Notes: generated from the letters alone by a model not told the origin. A stretch of DNA of 64,000 nt from Eledone cirrhosa (GCA_964016885.1 OZ024751.1:5084001-5148000), one strand, 5' to 3'; shown: positions 26,775 to 38,353, counted from the first letter of the stretch. Made by a program: numbers and translations.

Positions 26775-27678
26775 TAATAGGTAAACATAAATAACAACAC
26801 AATCGGTACAGTATATGAAAGGGATATATTAGGTTAACGCTTGATATAGCAGGAAGAGGGTCTTAACGTTTCGGACGCTAGTCCTTCATCAGAAGAAAGA
26901 AGGAGAAATAAGATAGATTGAGGGGACGGGCGGAATGGAATTGGAAAAAATGTCTTTAGATAAAAATAACAGGTCCATTCATGTTGACATCTCTTGCAAA
27001 ACTGTTGGTGCTGGCGTTTTGTGTATGATTTATTTTTTAGAAAAGTGGATAATGGAGCGCGTCTACCTGAAATAAAAAAAAAACCGTTTTGTAAAAAGAG
27101 CTATACTTGTGCACGTGCGTAAACATGTGTGTGTTTGTGTATGTATGTGTGTGTGTGTGTGTGTGTTATTATACGTCCGTACGAAGCTAAGAAGAAATGT
27201 GTGTGTATATATGAGTAAAAGAGTGTGTGTGCATATAAATACGAAGCTATGAGCATAAGTACGTTATTATAAGGGTGTGTATGTGTGTTTACAGAGCAGT
27301 GAAGGGAAAAGGGAGTGAGTATATATAGTCGGCATGTATTAGTTCCCGTCGAGGTTAACTTTGCCTTTCATCCTGACGGGGGTCAATAAAATAAAGTACC
27401 AGTAATACACTGGGATAATTGCTGGCCTTGTGCCTATTGTAGAAACAATTAGTTGTAAGAGAAGCTGCTAATGATCAAGAGAAAGCGATAGAAATATAGG
27501 GGTGTGATAATGGACGGGGTATTAGAGAAATTGGGGAGGTGAGTTGAGTCCAAGAGAGGAATAGGACCCAAGATGGTGAATCAGACTTTGTTCAGTCCTG
27601 GTGCGCAAGGCCTGTGAGCCATGATGTAAAAGGACATCCAAGACTGAAACATGTAGGGGAGAATGACCAGGAGAACAG
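26775..27678 (-). mobile_element. 3' fragment of Penelope-like family 2 (GIY-YIG end and pLTR), with a SINE fragment inserted at ~27343-27450
   Basis: Homologous to 62712-63495; encodes ...TEQSLIHHLGSYSSLGLN. Confidence 0.85.
26861..26896 (-). ncRNA. Minimal hammerhead ribozyme in the PLE family-2 pLTR
   Basis: Minus strand TCTT-CTGATGA-A-GGAC-TAGC-GTCC-GAAACGTT-AAGA. Confidence 0.7.
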
Positions 27679-27726
27679 AGTATATATATATATATGTATA
27701 TATATGTATGTATGTATAGGTGTATG

Positions 27727-28277
27727 TCTTGGTGAGGAGGGTGACTTTGGACATCCTGCAGGACTAAAAACAAAACCTGTCAAAGGGCAAAGGAGCTCTT
27801 AAGAGTCAATGGCCATCCAAAATCACCGTGAGAGATGACCCCTTAGCCTTTGTCAAGGCAGAATTCTAGGAGAAGGAAAACTCTGATATAACACCTGCAA
27901 CCCTGATGGTATCCAATGATGTTGACTTGTTCTTCTTTTTGGTAAATATCATCTTGGTTAAGAGAGTGGGACTGGCTTTGTGCAGTGCCTTTGCTCACTA
28001 TAAAAGCTTCACGGCACAGGCATTGCTTTATATCTGGAGATCTCTCTGCACTTGCCGTCACATGGTACCATGGGCCCAGCACTATGTGTCAATAATTGTC
28101 ACAAGTGTAGTGTTTGTACCAGAGTTTTCAAGTCGCTGGCTGGACTAAAAAGTCACACTCGTTCAGCGCATCGGTATGGGTTCTCCTACATGGATATAAA
28201 GTAGTGGCCGTACTAAAAAACGAGTTGGTAGCCACCATATCTATATATGTATATATATCTATATATGTATGTATGTG

Positions 28278-28310
<33 letters not shown>

Positions 28311-28363
28311 GTATATAAGTATATGTATATATGTATATATATATATGTATATATGTATATAAG

Positions 28364-28395
<32 letters not shown>

Positions 28396-29040
28396 TGTAT
28401 GTATGTTTATATATATATATATATGTCGGGTCACCAGTTGGTCACCAGTTGGTGCTACTGGTAACATGTATCCCAGTACAACCTGTCTCATGGTCGGGTC
28501 GTTGGCGACTAAACTGGCAAACCCACCAAGGTTTCTTGGTGAGGAGGGTGACTTTGGACATCCTGCAGGACTAAAAACAAGACCTGTCAAAGGGCAAAGG
28601 AGCTCTTAAGAGTCAATGGCCATCCAAAATCACAGGGAGAGATGACCCCTTAGCCTTTGTCAAGGCAGAATTCTAGGAGAAGGAAAACTCTGATATAACA
28701 CCTGCAACTCTGATGGTATCCAATGATGTTGACTTGTTCTTCTTTTTGGTAAATATCATCTTGGTTAAGAGAGTGGGACTGGCTTTGTGCAGTGCCTTTG
28801 CTCACTATAAAAGCTTCACGGCACAGGCATTGCTTTATATCTGGAGATCTCTCTGCACTTGTCATCACATGTACCATGGGCCCAGCACTATATGTCAATA
28901 ATGGTCACCAGTGGGGTGTTTGTGCCAGAGTTTTCAAGTCGCTGGCTGGACTAAAAAGTCACACTCGTTCAGCGCATCGGTAGGGGTTCTCCTACATGGA
29001 TATAAAGTAGTGGCCGTACTCGAAAACGAGTTGGCAGCCA

Positions 29041-29042
<2 letters not shown>
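27727..29042 (+). mobile_element. Two tandem copies of a bipartite RTE-derived non-autonomous element (5' UTR fused to ORF end and 3' UTR)
   Basis: 27727-28236 and 28426-29042 are near-identical; 5' part has CTAGGAGAAGGAAAACTCTGA and aligns to the RTE 5' UTR at 59510-59800; 3' part matches 951-1126. Confidence 0.75.
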
Positions 29043-29124
<82 letters not shown>

Positions 29125-29130
29125 ATATAT

Positions 29131-29239
29131 ATGAGATTCTACAGGACTAGAACTGTTTCATTTTTTAGAAATCATCAGGAATATGGCTTTCCTGGTGATT
29201 TCTAAAGAATGAAACAGTTCTAGTCCTGTAGAATCTCAT
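29131..29239. repeat. ~51-bp-arm hairpin containing hammerhead-like motifs
   Basis: Arms 29131-29181 / 29189-29239, loop TATGGCT; CTG(A/G)TGA-T-TTC-TAAA-(G/A)AA-T-GAAAC...GTC. Confidence 0.8.
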
Positions 29240-29321
29240 CTATATTAAAACTTTTATACTCTGCTATTTATTGAGTACCTTACTTACTGTGGTTACCTCC
29301 GATTCAACCCGGAATTACTTA

Positions 29322-29381
<60 letters not shown>

Positions 29382-29385
<4 letters not shown>

Positions 29386-31610
29386 GCAGCATAGTATATA
29401 AATGTTATTGAGACACGAGTAACATAATAATTATGTCAACAGCAGAAATTAGAGATGAAATGTATGTTTATTTTTGTTGTAGCACAAATAATGTTTGTTA
29501 ACTTGTATGGTTGAAGTTACACATAAAATGAGCTTACAAAAGGGAATGTGCCATTGTGCCGGAAAGCCGGCAGGCCAAAGTGCAAAATCTCGCCGTCACA
29601 TGTTGTACGTGTTGCTTGTTTGAAGTTCCGGGTGCGAGAGAGAGATTCTTCAAATCTTCGCGGGGAATTTCTCCCCCAGGGCGCGTAGGGATACATCCTC
29701 TTCTACTGGCGTTGATTGGCTGAGCTGAGCCAAATCACGCACAGAGAATGTATGTGAGCCCGCGGAATGTAGGTCACTACAATATTCCCCCTCAAGACGG
29801 AAGACGATACAAATTATTGAATCAGCAAGAACAAATGCTGAAAGAGCACATCAGTGAAAAAATAATTGAGCAGAAGGATGCATGCAAGAAAAAAAATGAG
29901 GCGCTAAGGGCCGTGTTGAGCCGCTGTGTCAAATAACTAGTTGTTTTGTAGTTTATACGTGACCACTAAAGGTCTAACAGAAAACGGATAAAGTCTGACA
30001 TGGGCGAAGTTGCTGTTCTTGCATTAAATGTTAATGGTAAGTGTTGTACCAGTAGCTGTGGATGAAGCTATTATGGTAGTTTACCAGTGCTGGCAAGAAG
30101 ATGATGGGTAGGCGAGAAAATGTCGGCCTCCCAGATGTATTGCGGAAAGTTCTAGGGAGCCAGGAAAAAATGGCTGGTTGCTTTGAAAAGAAAAAAGCAA
30201 GTCGAATCTGTAGGTGGGTAGTAGTTGCAGTGTAAATTCCATAATTCCGGCGAATCCACAGAAGTGGTGGAAATGCTGACAAGTCCAGTTCTATTTGTTG
30301 TTTTCCCAGTGAGTCGGGTAAGGTAACAGGATGGAGGTTGTTATGGACGATGAGTGTGCAACGAGATGCGAAACTGTTTGAGTTCAGCTGCAATTAGCAT
30401 TCTCGTGTTGCGGTGCCTGTTTGAATCCAGGTGAGTTAAGCTCTGTGAGTCGCTTGCATGTGACGGCACCTCAACCAGGTGATTAGAGATCTCGCAGAAT
30501 ATTACGTTTGAAGGACATATACTAAGAACAACATGTTGGTGGGTGACAAAGAAATGTGTGCATATGCAGGCATGTAAAACAGCAAATAAATGTGTGGGTG
30601 CAGTCATATATACAATGATAAAGAAAATGATGCAGTCATATATACAATGATAGAAAAAAAATGAATTTCCATATAATACAGTTTAAAAAAATAAATGTCC
30701 AAAATAAATGCCTGAAAAAATGGAAGAAAGAAAGAATTGTTTCTTTTCTTTTAACAAAAAGTTCGCTTTTCTTTTCTTTGAAATTTCTTTGGGATCGCTC
30801 TTACTAGGGAGCTAGTAGAGTTGTTGTTGTTGTTAAAGCAAAGTCACAATGAATCTTCTGTAGAGTCGAAGTCGAGCGTTGAAGAAACTAGAGTCACCAA
30901 TATGGAAGTCACGTCTGACGCCATAGTGGTGAGAAGACTGATGTCTTAATTTCTCGAGTCCTTGTGGTAACGAGACAGAAGGTATGGTGGTTGCGTCGGT
31001 AAAGTTACAAGCTGCTACATCGCCATTCACTGGTGTTGGTTAGTAGTTAGCCATGTGTTGCTGCTGATGGTTGTAACTTGGTGGTAGCCGTTTTGAAATT
31101 TCCTCGTGGCGTAAATTCTTATTTTTTATTTTTTTTTATACATACACAGCCAATTTTAATCTCATTTCAAAAGGAATATTTTGAACTGAAAATATTCATC
31201 ACGTCGGGGTCACCACTTTTAGCAGCATAGTATATAAATGTTATTGAGACACGAGTAACATAATAATGATGTCAACAGCAGAAATTAGAGATGAAATGTT
31301 TGTTTATTTTTGTTGTAGCACAAATAATGTTTGTTAACTTGTATGGTTGAAGTTACACATAAAATGAGCTTACAAAAGGGAATGTGCCATTGTGCCGGAA
31401 AGCCGGCAGGCCAAAGTGCAAAATTTCACCGTCACATGTTGTACGTGTTGCTGGTTCGAAGTTCCGGGTGCGAGAGAGAGATTCTTCAAATATTCGTAGG
31501 GAATTTCTCCCTCAGGGCGTCTAGGGATACATGCTCTTCTACTGGCGTTGATTGGCTGAGCTGAGCCAAATCACGCACAGAGAATGTATGTGAGCCCGCG
31601 GAATGTAGGT

Positions 31611-31617
<7 letters not shown>
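29382..31617 (-). mobile_element. Non-autonomous LTR retrotransposon (probably Gypsy-derived) in (TA)n
   Basis: 400-bp direct repeats 29382-29781 and 31218-31617 (~13 differences by eye); PBS TGGTGACCCCGACGTGAT; polypurine tract GAGGGGGAATA before the 3' LTR; no intact gag/pol. Confidence 0.9.
31198..31215 (-). promoter_or_regulatory. Primer-binding site complementary to the tRNA-Trp 3' end
   Basis: 18-nt TGGTGACCCCGACGTGAT located 2 nt from the 5' LTR; same sequence as the Rous sarcoma virus tRNA-Trp PBS. Confidence 0.88.
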
Positions 31618-31682
<65 letters not shown>

Positions 31683-32082
31683 GTAGGGATCTTACAGATC
31701 GGACGGTGTAAGTTTTTAATTAATTTTTGTATTCTGAAACATCAAAATACAACAAATCTTTGCTCACTGGACTCGGGAATATCATGACAGAAGGTTGTGG
31801 AAGTTACACAAATATTCTCGTATATTTTGCCGGAGCAATCCTTATTTATATTTTACATTTTACATTTACTTACATCTCAATATAACATGGCTAAAATTCA
31901 CATTTTGCAAAGAAAACAAAACGGACAAATGAACTAGATACATATCACTGCCCCCCGCCACCACCATAACGTCAAAACTCTCACCCCACCACTACATTTA
32001 CATTCACATGTCATTACCCTTGTAGACTAACGTCACCGACCTGTTGCCAAACTCTCTACTCTGTGTTGAATGTGTGTGTGTT

Positions 32083-32159
<77 letters not shown>

Positions 32160-32434
32160 ATATACATCACTCAGTCAAGCGACCAGATTTCAACCCAAAC
32201 ATCTACAACAACAACAACAACACGTGCACTAATGTTCACAGCAACAACAGCTTCAGAATGAAATAAAATGAACAACAACTGAGGCATCAAACGATAAAAA
32301 AAAAATAACACGCAACTGCCACCACCATCACCACCACCATCCACCGCCACCATCACCATCACCAGCGATCGGGCCTTAAGGAATCAACAACTTTAAAAAT
32401 AATAATTTTTCTGCTTTTGGCACGGAGGCAGCGA

Positions 32435-32545
32435 TTGTCCCAGAGAATACTGGTGCTCTCTTTTGTTGACTCCGTGGGGATGAAACGCAAGGTTGACCTC
32501 GGCGGGATTTGAGCTCGGAGCGTGGAGGACCATAGCTCTATGCTG
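32435..32545 (-). mobile_element. Diverged SINE fragment
   Basis: GTTGACCTCGGCGGGATTTGAGCTC (reverse complement of box B) plus degenerate core. Confidence 0.65.
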
Positions 32546-32711
32546 TAAAGCAATTATAATAATACTGAACAGTAACACGAACGGCTTCAATTATACGAAC
32601 TCTTTCGAAAGTCAACAGTTGACATAATCAGGGATATTCAATTTGTTGGTAATTCAACAAATATAAATGTTTATAATTGATTCAGAGCACTAGACAGTTT
32701 TTTGGAGTATA

Positions 32712-33030
32712 ATATACAAGGATATTAAATAAATGGAAACTATATTTATAAAACAATATTTATTCTATTATATATATTTCAAGGGTACCAAAACTTTGGT
32801 ACGCTTTCATCAGATAAAATACAAAGTTTGTTTTATAAATTTTGACATAACCAAGAAAAGATACCATAACGGTTCAAGTTTTTCCAAGAAAAACTTGAAC
32901 CGTTATGGTATCTTTTCTTGGTTATGTCAACATTTATATCTGATGAAAGCGTACAACGTGTTGGTGCCCTTGAAATATATATAATAGAATAAATATGGTT
33001 TTATAAATATAGTTTCCATCTATTTAATAT

Positions 33031-33040
<10 letters not shown>
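32712..33040. repeat. Foldback palindrome with a hammerhead-like motif in each arm
   Basis: Centre CAAGTTTTTC-CAA-GAAAAACTTG; CTGATGA-AAG-C-GTACCAAA-GT-TTTGGTAC-C-CTT-GAAATATATA on minus (32768-32817), variant on plus (32935-32985). Confidence 0.8.
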
Positions 33041-33122
<82 letters not shown>

Positions 33123-33261
33123 AGTGTAATTTACTACACAAAACGAAGGTTATAGAGAAAATTGAGGTTGGTAATGGCACATGGAATATATAAGAGACAG
33201 AATACTTTTTTGTGAAAAAACATATAATTTTATAAGGTAAGGAAATAATAAAGAGTATAAA

Positions 33262-33308
33262 AAATGACCGGTTTCGATGGGTCTCCAAAAGCCATCTTTT
33301 CAAATGTT
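33262..33308 (-). ncRNA. Variant minimal hammerhead (U3-A8 core) in the 3' pLTR
   Basis: AT-TTGAAAA-GATGG-(11-nt loop)-CCATC-GAAAC-CG-GTC-AT. Confidence 0.65.
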
Positions 33309-33680
33309 GATTAATGTTAAGAAAAATTAATAATAAGAAGAGTTAAAATTTGAGATTTGAAAATTCAAGTATAAAATTCATTGTGGGATTTCACAGTAGT
33401 TTTCATCTTGGTAGCAGCTCGTTTAGCAGCTCGTTGACTGCTGGTAGTGAATGAGAAGTTATTTGGGGGTGTGGGTTATTTTATAAAGGTCAAATTTAGC
33501 AATGGCCAGATGGCCAGCTGCTGGTCAATGAGGGGGTGGAAGCAATAGACATACATATATCTTCCTGTGGTAGGTAGGAGAGGGGAGATTGATAGAAAGG
33601 GATTTAGTGCACTTACACCTATATATACACACATACCTTCATCCACACATACATACATATACATATACATACACATATAT

Positions 33681-33758
<78 letters not shown>

Positions 33759-34138
33759 ATACATATACACACGTACATACACACACACATACATATATAT
33801 ACACACACACACATACACACACACATATATGCACATACACACACATATATATATATACACACACACACATATATACATACACATCCATCCAGATACACAC
33901 ATACATACACACACACACACACACATATATATATACACATATGTGTACATACACATATATACACACATATACATACACATATATATACACACACACCCCC
34001 ACACATACATACACACACACACATATATATATACATACACACATACAAACACACACACACACACATATATACACATACACACACACATATATACACATAC
34101 ACACACACATATATATATACACATACGCATACATCCAG

Positions 34139-34177
<39 letters not shown>

Positions 34178-34625
34178 CAATACATACATCCACATGCACA
34201 CATATACACACACACAGACACACACACATATATACACATACATACACCCACACACAGAGAAATGGCCTCCAAATATATATATATACATACATACACATAT
34301 ATTTTTTCCATAATATAAGAAGTTAGGACAGTGAAATTAAAATACAAGTCATTCTGATCACATTGAGTTCTTCATGTAGATTGGGCCCCGCAACCGACAG
34401 TGGTGAATTCTGTGTGCGCATATATATATAGATATATGTGTGTGCACGTGCAGGGTTTAACATGGATGTGTTGGTCACACAAAGGCATGGTCTGTCAACG
34501 AATAAACCTGATTCTACAGAATTGGTCTCTGGTCTTTAATAGTAGTGATAATTATATACATGCACATCTACAAACACATATATCTGTCACTCCGTGCGTA
34601 TGTGTGTTTATATTTTATGACAATT

Positions 34626-35300
34626 CTATTGGGGTGATAACCCGTTTAGTTTTGGTTTAAATTTGTTAAGGAATAGATTTTCTTTGTTTATTCTTTGTTG
34701 CTGTGTGAACGAATCTGAGCACTTGTAGAAGGGGAAGATTTTAAAGTTGGGTAGTGTCATTCCTGCGCAGTTCGCAATATGGCTGCTCAAGGGGATTTTT
34801 CTTGTGCTAGCGTCCCGGATTTGTTGGCGGTGGATGGTCATTCTTTTGCGTAATGAGGTGCCCGTCTGTCCTATGTAGTTGTGTTTGCATCCACCGCAAG
34901 TTATTGCGTAAATCAAGTTCTCCGAGTTGCAGGTGAAATTGTTTTTTACTGTAAATGTTTGGCCATCTTTAAATGTAAATTTTTGTCCTTCAGTGAGGTA
35001 GAGGCACGTTCCACAGTTTGTTCTGCCACATTTGGTAACTGTAGGGTTGAGGATTGGTTTGGGTATATTTGGTCCAGTGAGAATGCGTTTTAGTGATTTG
35101 GGTTGTCTTTTACTTTTAAGGATCTTGTGTGTTTCAAGAATAGACTTCATTTTTACATCTTTAAGTAGGATGGGGAGGTTTTTGTGTAGGTGATCAAACA
35201 TTTCGGTATTTCTGGGGTTGAAAGTGGATACATATGGCAGGGTGTTGAGTGTGGTTTTCTGTTTTGGATTGTTAAGTTGATGGGGATTTAGGTGTTTTGC
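34626..35300 (-). CDS. PLE linker and GIY-YIG endonuclease (separated from RT by a 1-nt frameshift near 35300)
   Basis: LPYVSTFNPRN, CGRTNCGTC, NLIYAITCGGCKHNYIGQT, R...H, KE..F..KFKPKLN. Confidence 0.9.
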   Translation of the reverse strand, partial: AKHLNPHQLNNPKQKTTLNTLPYVSTFNPRNTEMFDHLHKNLPILLKDVKMKSILETHKILKSKRQPKSLKRILTGPNIPKPILNPTVTKCGRTNCGTCLYLTEGQKFTFKDGQTFTVKNNFTCNSENLIYAITCGGCKHNYIGQTGTSLRKRMTIHRQQIRDASTRKIPLSSHIANCAGMTLPNFKIFPFYKCSDSFTQQQRINKENLFLNKFKPKLNGLSPQ

Positions 35301-36901
35301 CTGTCTATTCCATTGTTGATTATTTCAAGTGGAAAGGCTCTTAAGATAAGGGTGTCTTTTAGTTCCTTTAGTCTTTGCTCCCGTTTAGGTGGATCTGATA
35401 CTATGGTACATATACGTTTGGCCAAATTGTAAGGAATGTTAAGTTTTGTATGTTTTGGGTGACTTGATGTGAAAAAGAGGTATTGCTTGGAATCTGTGGG
35501 TTTATAGAATATATCTGTATCTAATTTCCCGTCTATTACAGAGATGAGAATATCCAAGAAGGCTAATTCCTTGGGATTGGATTCCATTGTGAATTGTATG
35601 TTATTATCTATGTTGTTTATCATGTTTTTAAACATAGTAAGTGAGTTCATGTCTTCTTGCCATAGGATAAAGCAGTCGTCTAGATATCTTTTCCAAATGG
35701 CTTTGAGGTGTGTGTGGAAAGAGTCTCCAAATAAGAGAAGGGACTGACTGTATATTTGTTGTTCATGGAATCCCATGACTAGGTTCGCATATGTGGGTGC
35801 TACTTTCGTGCCCATTGCCGTACCTGATACTTGTCTGTATGTTGAACCATTGAATGTGAAGTAGTTATTTTGTAGGATAAAGCGGAGTCCGTCAGTGATA
35901 AAATCTTTGTTGATGCGTGTCGGTATTTCTGATGGGTGTGTGTTAAGCCAGTATTGGACTGCTGTTATTCCATAGTTGTGGGGTATGTTTGTGTAGAGGT
36001 TTATTACGTCAAAGGAGACAAGAATTGTATTTGCACTTACTGTTTTAGGGAGGTGTTTCAGCATGTTAAGGTCATCTCGTATGTAGCTCTGTATATGTTG
36101 TAGAAAGGGTTTCAGTAGGATGTCCAGAAAGTTGCTAAGTCTGTGGGTTTCACATGTAGGGCCTGCTATAATTGGCCTGAGTTTTAGGTCTTCTGGTGGT
36201 GTTAGTTCAATGTAATTGTTGGTTGAGGTGTCACATGCATCGTTTATGGGTTTACATTTGTGGAGTTTCGGTAAGCCGTAAAAAGAGCTTGTATTGCATT
36301 TGAAGTGGCTTATATAGTTAAACTCTTTTGTGGTTAAGCTGTTGCGGTATTTATTCAGTAAGGTCAAAAGGTTCCCCATTGTTTTGGTGTGTTTGTAGTT
36401 TTCTGTTTTTTCATAGTATGTGTTGTTTTCTAAAATGTTAAGTGCGAGGGTCCTATAGTAGTCCGTATTCATAATGACAACAGTACTGCCTTTATCGGCT
36501 TCTTTGATAGTTATCTCAGGGTTGTTTCTAAGTGTGAATAATTCTTCCCATTCGTGTGTAGATAGGTTTGATTTCGTGCGTTTATTTGTAATTTTTTCAT
36601 AGGGAAAGTTGGTGATGTGTTCGCAGTACGTGTCCAGTGCTTTATTTCTTCCCTTTTGTGGGCAGAAATTGCTTTTATTTCTAACCAGTGATTCGTCTTC
36701 AGTGTTGGTGTCGTTGTGGAAGAATTCCGTTAGTCGCAGCTTTCGGCAGTATTCCATGATGTCATCCTTCATTTCGGGGAAGTTTGGTTTACGTGGTGTA
36801 GGTGTAAATTTCAGGCCCTTACTTAAAATGTTGATTTGTGTGTTGGTTAGAGGTGTCTTTGAGAGGTTGATTATTTTTGGTTTCTCCTGAGGGGGGGCCA
36901 T
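35288..36901 (-). CDS. PLE reverse transcriptase
   Basis: IINLS...LSKGLKF, ADKG, FYGLPKLHK, LRPII, FDVINLYTNIP, GTAMG..APTYAN, RYLDD, FLDI, YKPTD. Confidence 0.93.
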   Translation of the reverse strand: MAPPQEKPKIINLSKTPLTNTQINILSKGLKFTPTPRKPNFPEMKDDIMEYCRKLRLTEFFHNDTNTEDESLVRNKSNFCPQKGRNKALDTYCEHITNFPYEKITNKRTKSNLSTHEWEELFTLRNNPEITIKEADKGSTVVIMNTDYYRTLALNILENNTYYEKTENYKHTKTMGNLLTLLNKYRNSLTTKEFNYISHFKCNTSSFYGLPKLHKCKPINDACDTSTNNYIELTPPEDLKLRPIIAGPTCETHRLSNFLDILLKPFLQHIQSYIRDDLNMLKHLPKTVSANTILVSFDVINLYTNIPHNYGITAVQYWLNTHPSEIPTRINKDFITDGLRFILQNNYFTFNGSTYRQVSGTAMGTKVAPTYANLVMGFHEQQIYSQSLLLFGDSFHTHLKAIWKRYLDDCFILWQEDMNSLTMFKNMINNIDNNIQFTMESNPKELAFLDILISVIDGKLDTDIFYKPTDSKQYLFFTSSHPKHTKLNIPYNLAKRICTIVSDPPKREQRLKELKDTLILRAFPLEIINNGIDRQNT

Positions 36902-38136
36902 CGAGTATCCTGGTATTTCAGGCTTTTCCCTAAAAAAGGAATGTAGTTTTGTGTGTGATTATATTTTGTTGGTCTGTTGCGTGTGGGTCTGTAGCTTGTT
37001 GTTTCATGAGGGTGAATGTGATGGTGGGGGTGGTATGTGTTGTGGTTGTTGATGAGCAAGGGTTCTGTTGTTGGTTCATGTGGTCTGGGTGCGTTATTTC
37101 TGTGGTACAGAGTGTTGAGGTTGGGGGGTTGTCTTTTGTTGGATTGAGGGTGATGTCTGGTGTGGTTGTGGGTAAGTTCTGTTGTGATTTCAAGTGGTCT
37201 GGGTGGATTTCTTCTGAGGAATGTGGTGTGTGTGTTGTGAGTTGGATCTATGTTATTTCGTCGTTGGTTTATGTAGGGGGCATTTCTACGGAAACCTGTG
37301 TTGTGGTGGTTGGGTGTGTTTCTTTTGGTGTAGTTGGCCGTATTTGGTTTGTGTTGGTGGGGGATGTGCCTGTGGTTAGTGTGTGTTGGGTTTGGTGGTG
37401 TAAATGTGTCTGTTGTAGTTCTTGTTATGTTCAAATGCTTTATAAAGGGGTTACCTGTTTGGTGCGTCCTTTTAAAGTCTTCTTCATATTTGAGGAACCA
37501 GTTTTCGGATTTTTCCCACCGTTTAAGGGAAATAATTTCTGCATTCTCGCAGTCCTGTTTCCACGATTTGATTAAATTTTGTAGGGTTGTTCCCTCGGCC
37601 TTTTTAGTGCATTCTTCCTCCATATTTTTATCAGTATCCTTATACTCTTGCTCGTTGGAGGTGGCCCTTAATTTTAGGAGTTATATTTCCATGTTTATCC
37701 TGTTGAGTGACATTTGTTCACGGAGTTTTCTTTCTGGTTCAGGTTCGTTTGTAATATGCTTTATTTGGAATTTACGTGGTAAAACTATCGGTGTTGAGTT
37801 AATCCATTTTTGGTAAATTCCAGCTTTGTTGAGGTTTTTTATCATATTCCAGAAAGTGAATTTTCTGGTTTTTAGATGTTTTTTCCAGAGGTGTCCCATT
37901 TGGTTTTTGATATGGAGCAATGTCGTCTGTTCTGTGTTGGTATTCATAAGTTTTTCGATGGAGTTGCATACGTTTTGAACGTTTAAATAAATTTGGTTGT
38001 CAGTCGGTGTGGTGGTTTGGGGTATATCCTGTTTTTTTGTCAGAATGGTGAGTTTTCCATTTATCTCTTTTAGGATTTTCAGGATTTCCTCATTTATATT
38101 GGAGTTTGAAGTTGTGTTGTCTTGTTCCAGTGCCAT
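36871..38136 (-). CDS. PLE upstream ORF1 (one in-frame TAA at 37681-37683)
   Basis: ORFs 37681-38136 and 36871-37623 share a frame, separated by a single stop (...MEI*LLKLRATSNE...); helical N-part, H/N/T/P-rich C-part. Confidence 0.65.
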
Positions 38137-38306
38137 TTTCCGGATTTGCGTAGGTTAGTATATATGAAAAGTGTAATTTACTACACAAAACGAAGGTTAT
38201 AGAGAAAATTGAGGTTGGTAATGGCACATGGAATATATAAGAGACAGAATACTTTTTTGTGAAAAAACATAATTTTATAAGGTAAGGAAATAATAAAGAG
38301 TATAAA

Positions 38307-38353
38307 AAATGACCGGTTTCGATGGGTCTGCAAAAGCCATCTTTTCAAATGTT
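38307..38353 (-). ncRNA. Variant minimal hammerhead (U3-A8 core) in the 5' pLTR
   Basis: Same motif; only change is in loop II. Confidence 0.65.

Noticed and set aside
34626-35201. Selenocysteine-encoding PLE endonuclease (as reported for some Naiad elements)
   Set aside because: No in-frame TGA in the RT or endonuclease ORFs; the ORF1 interruption is TAA
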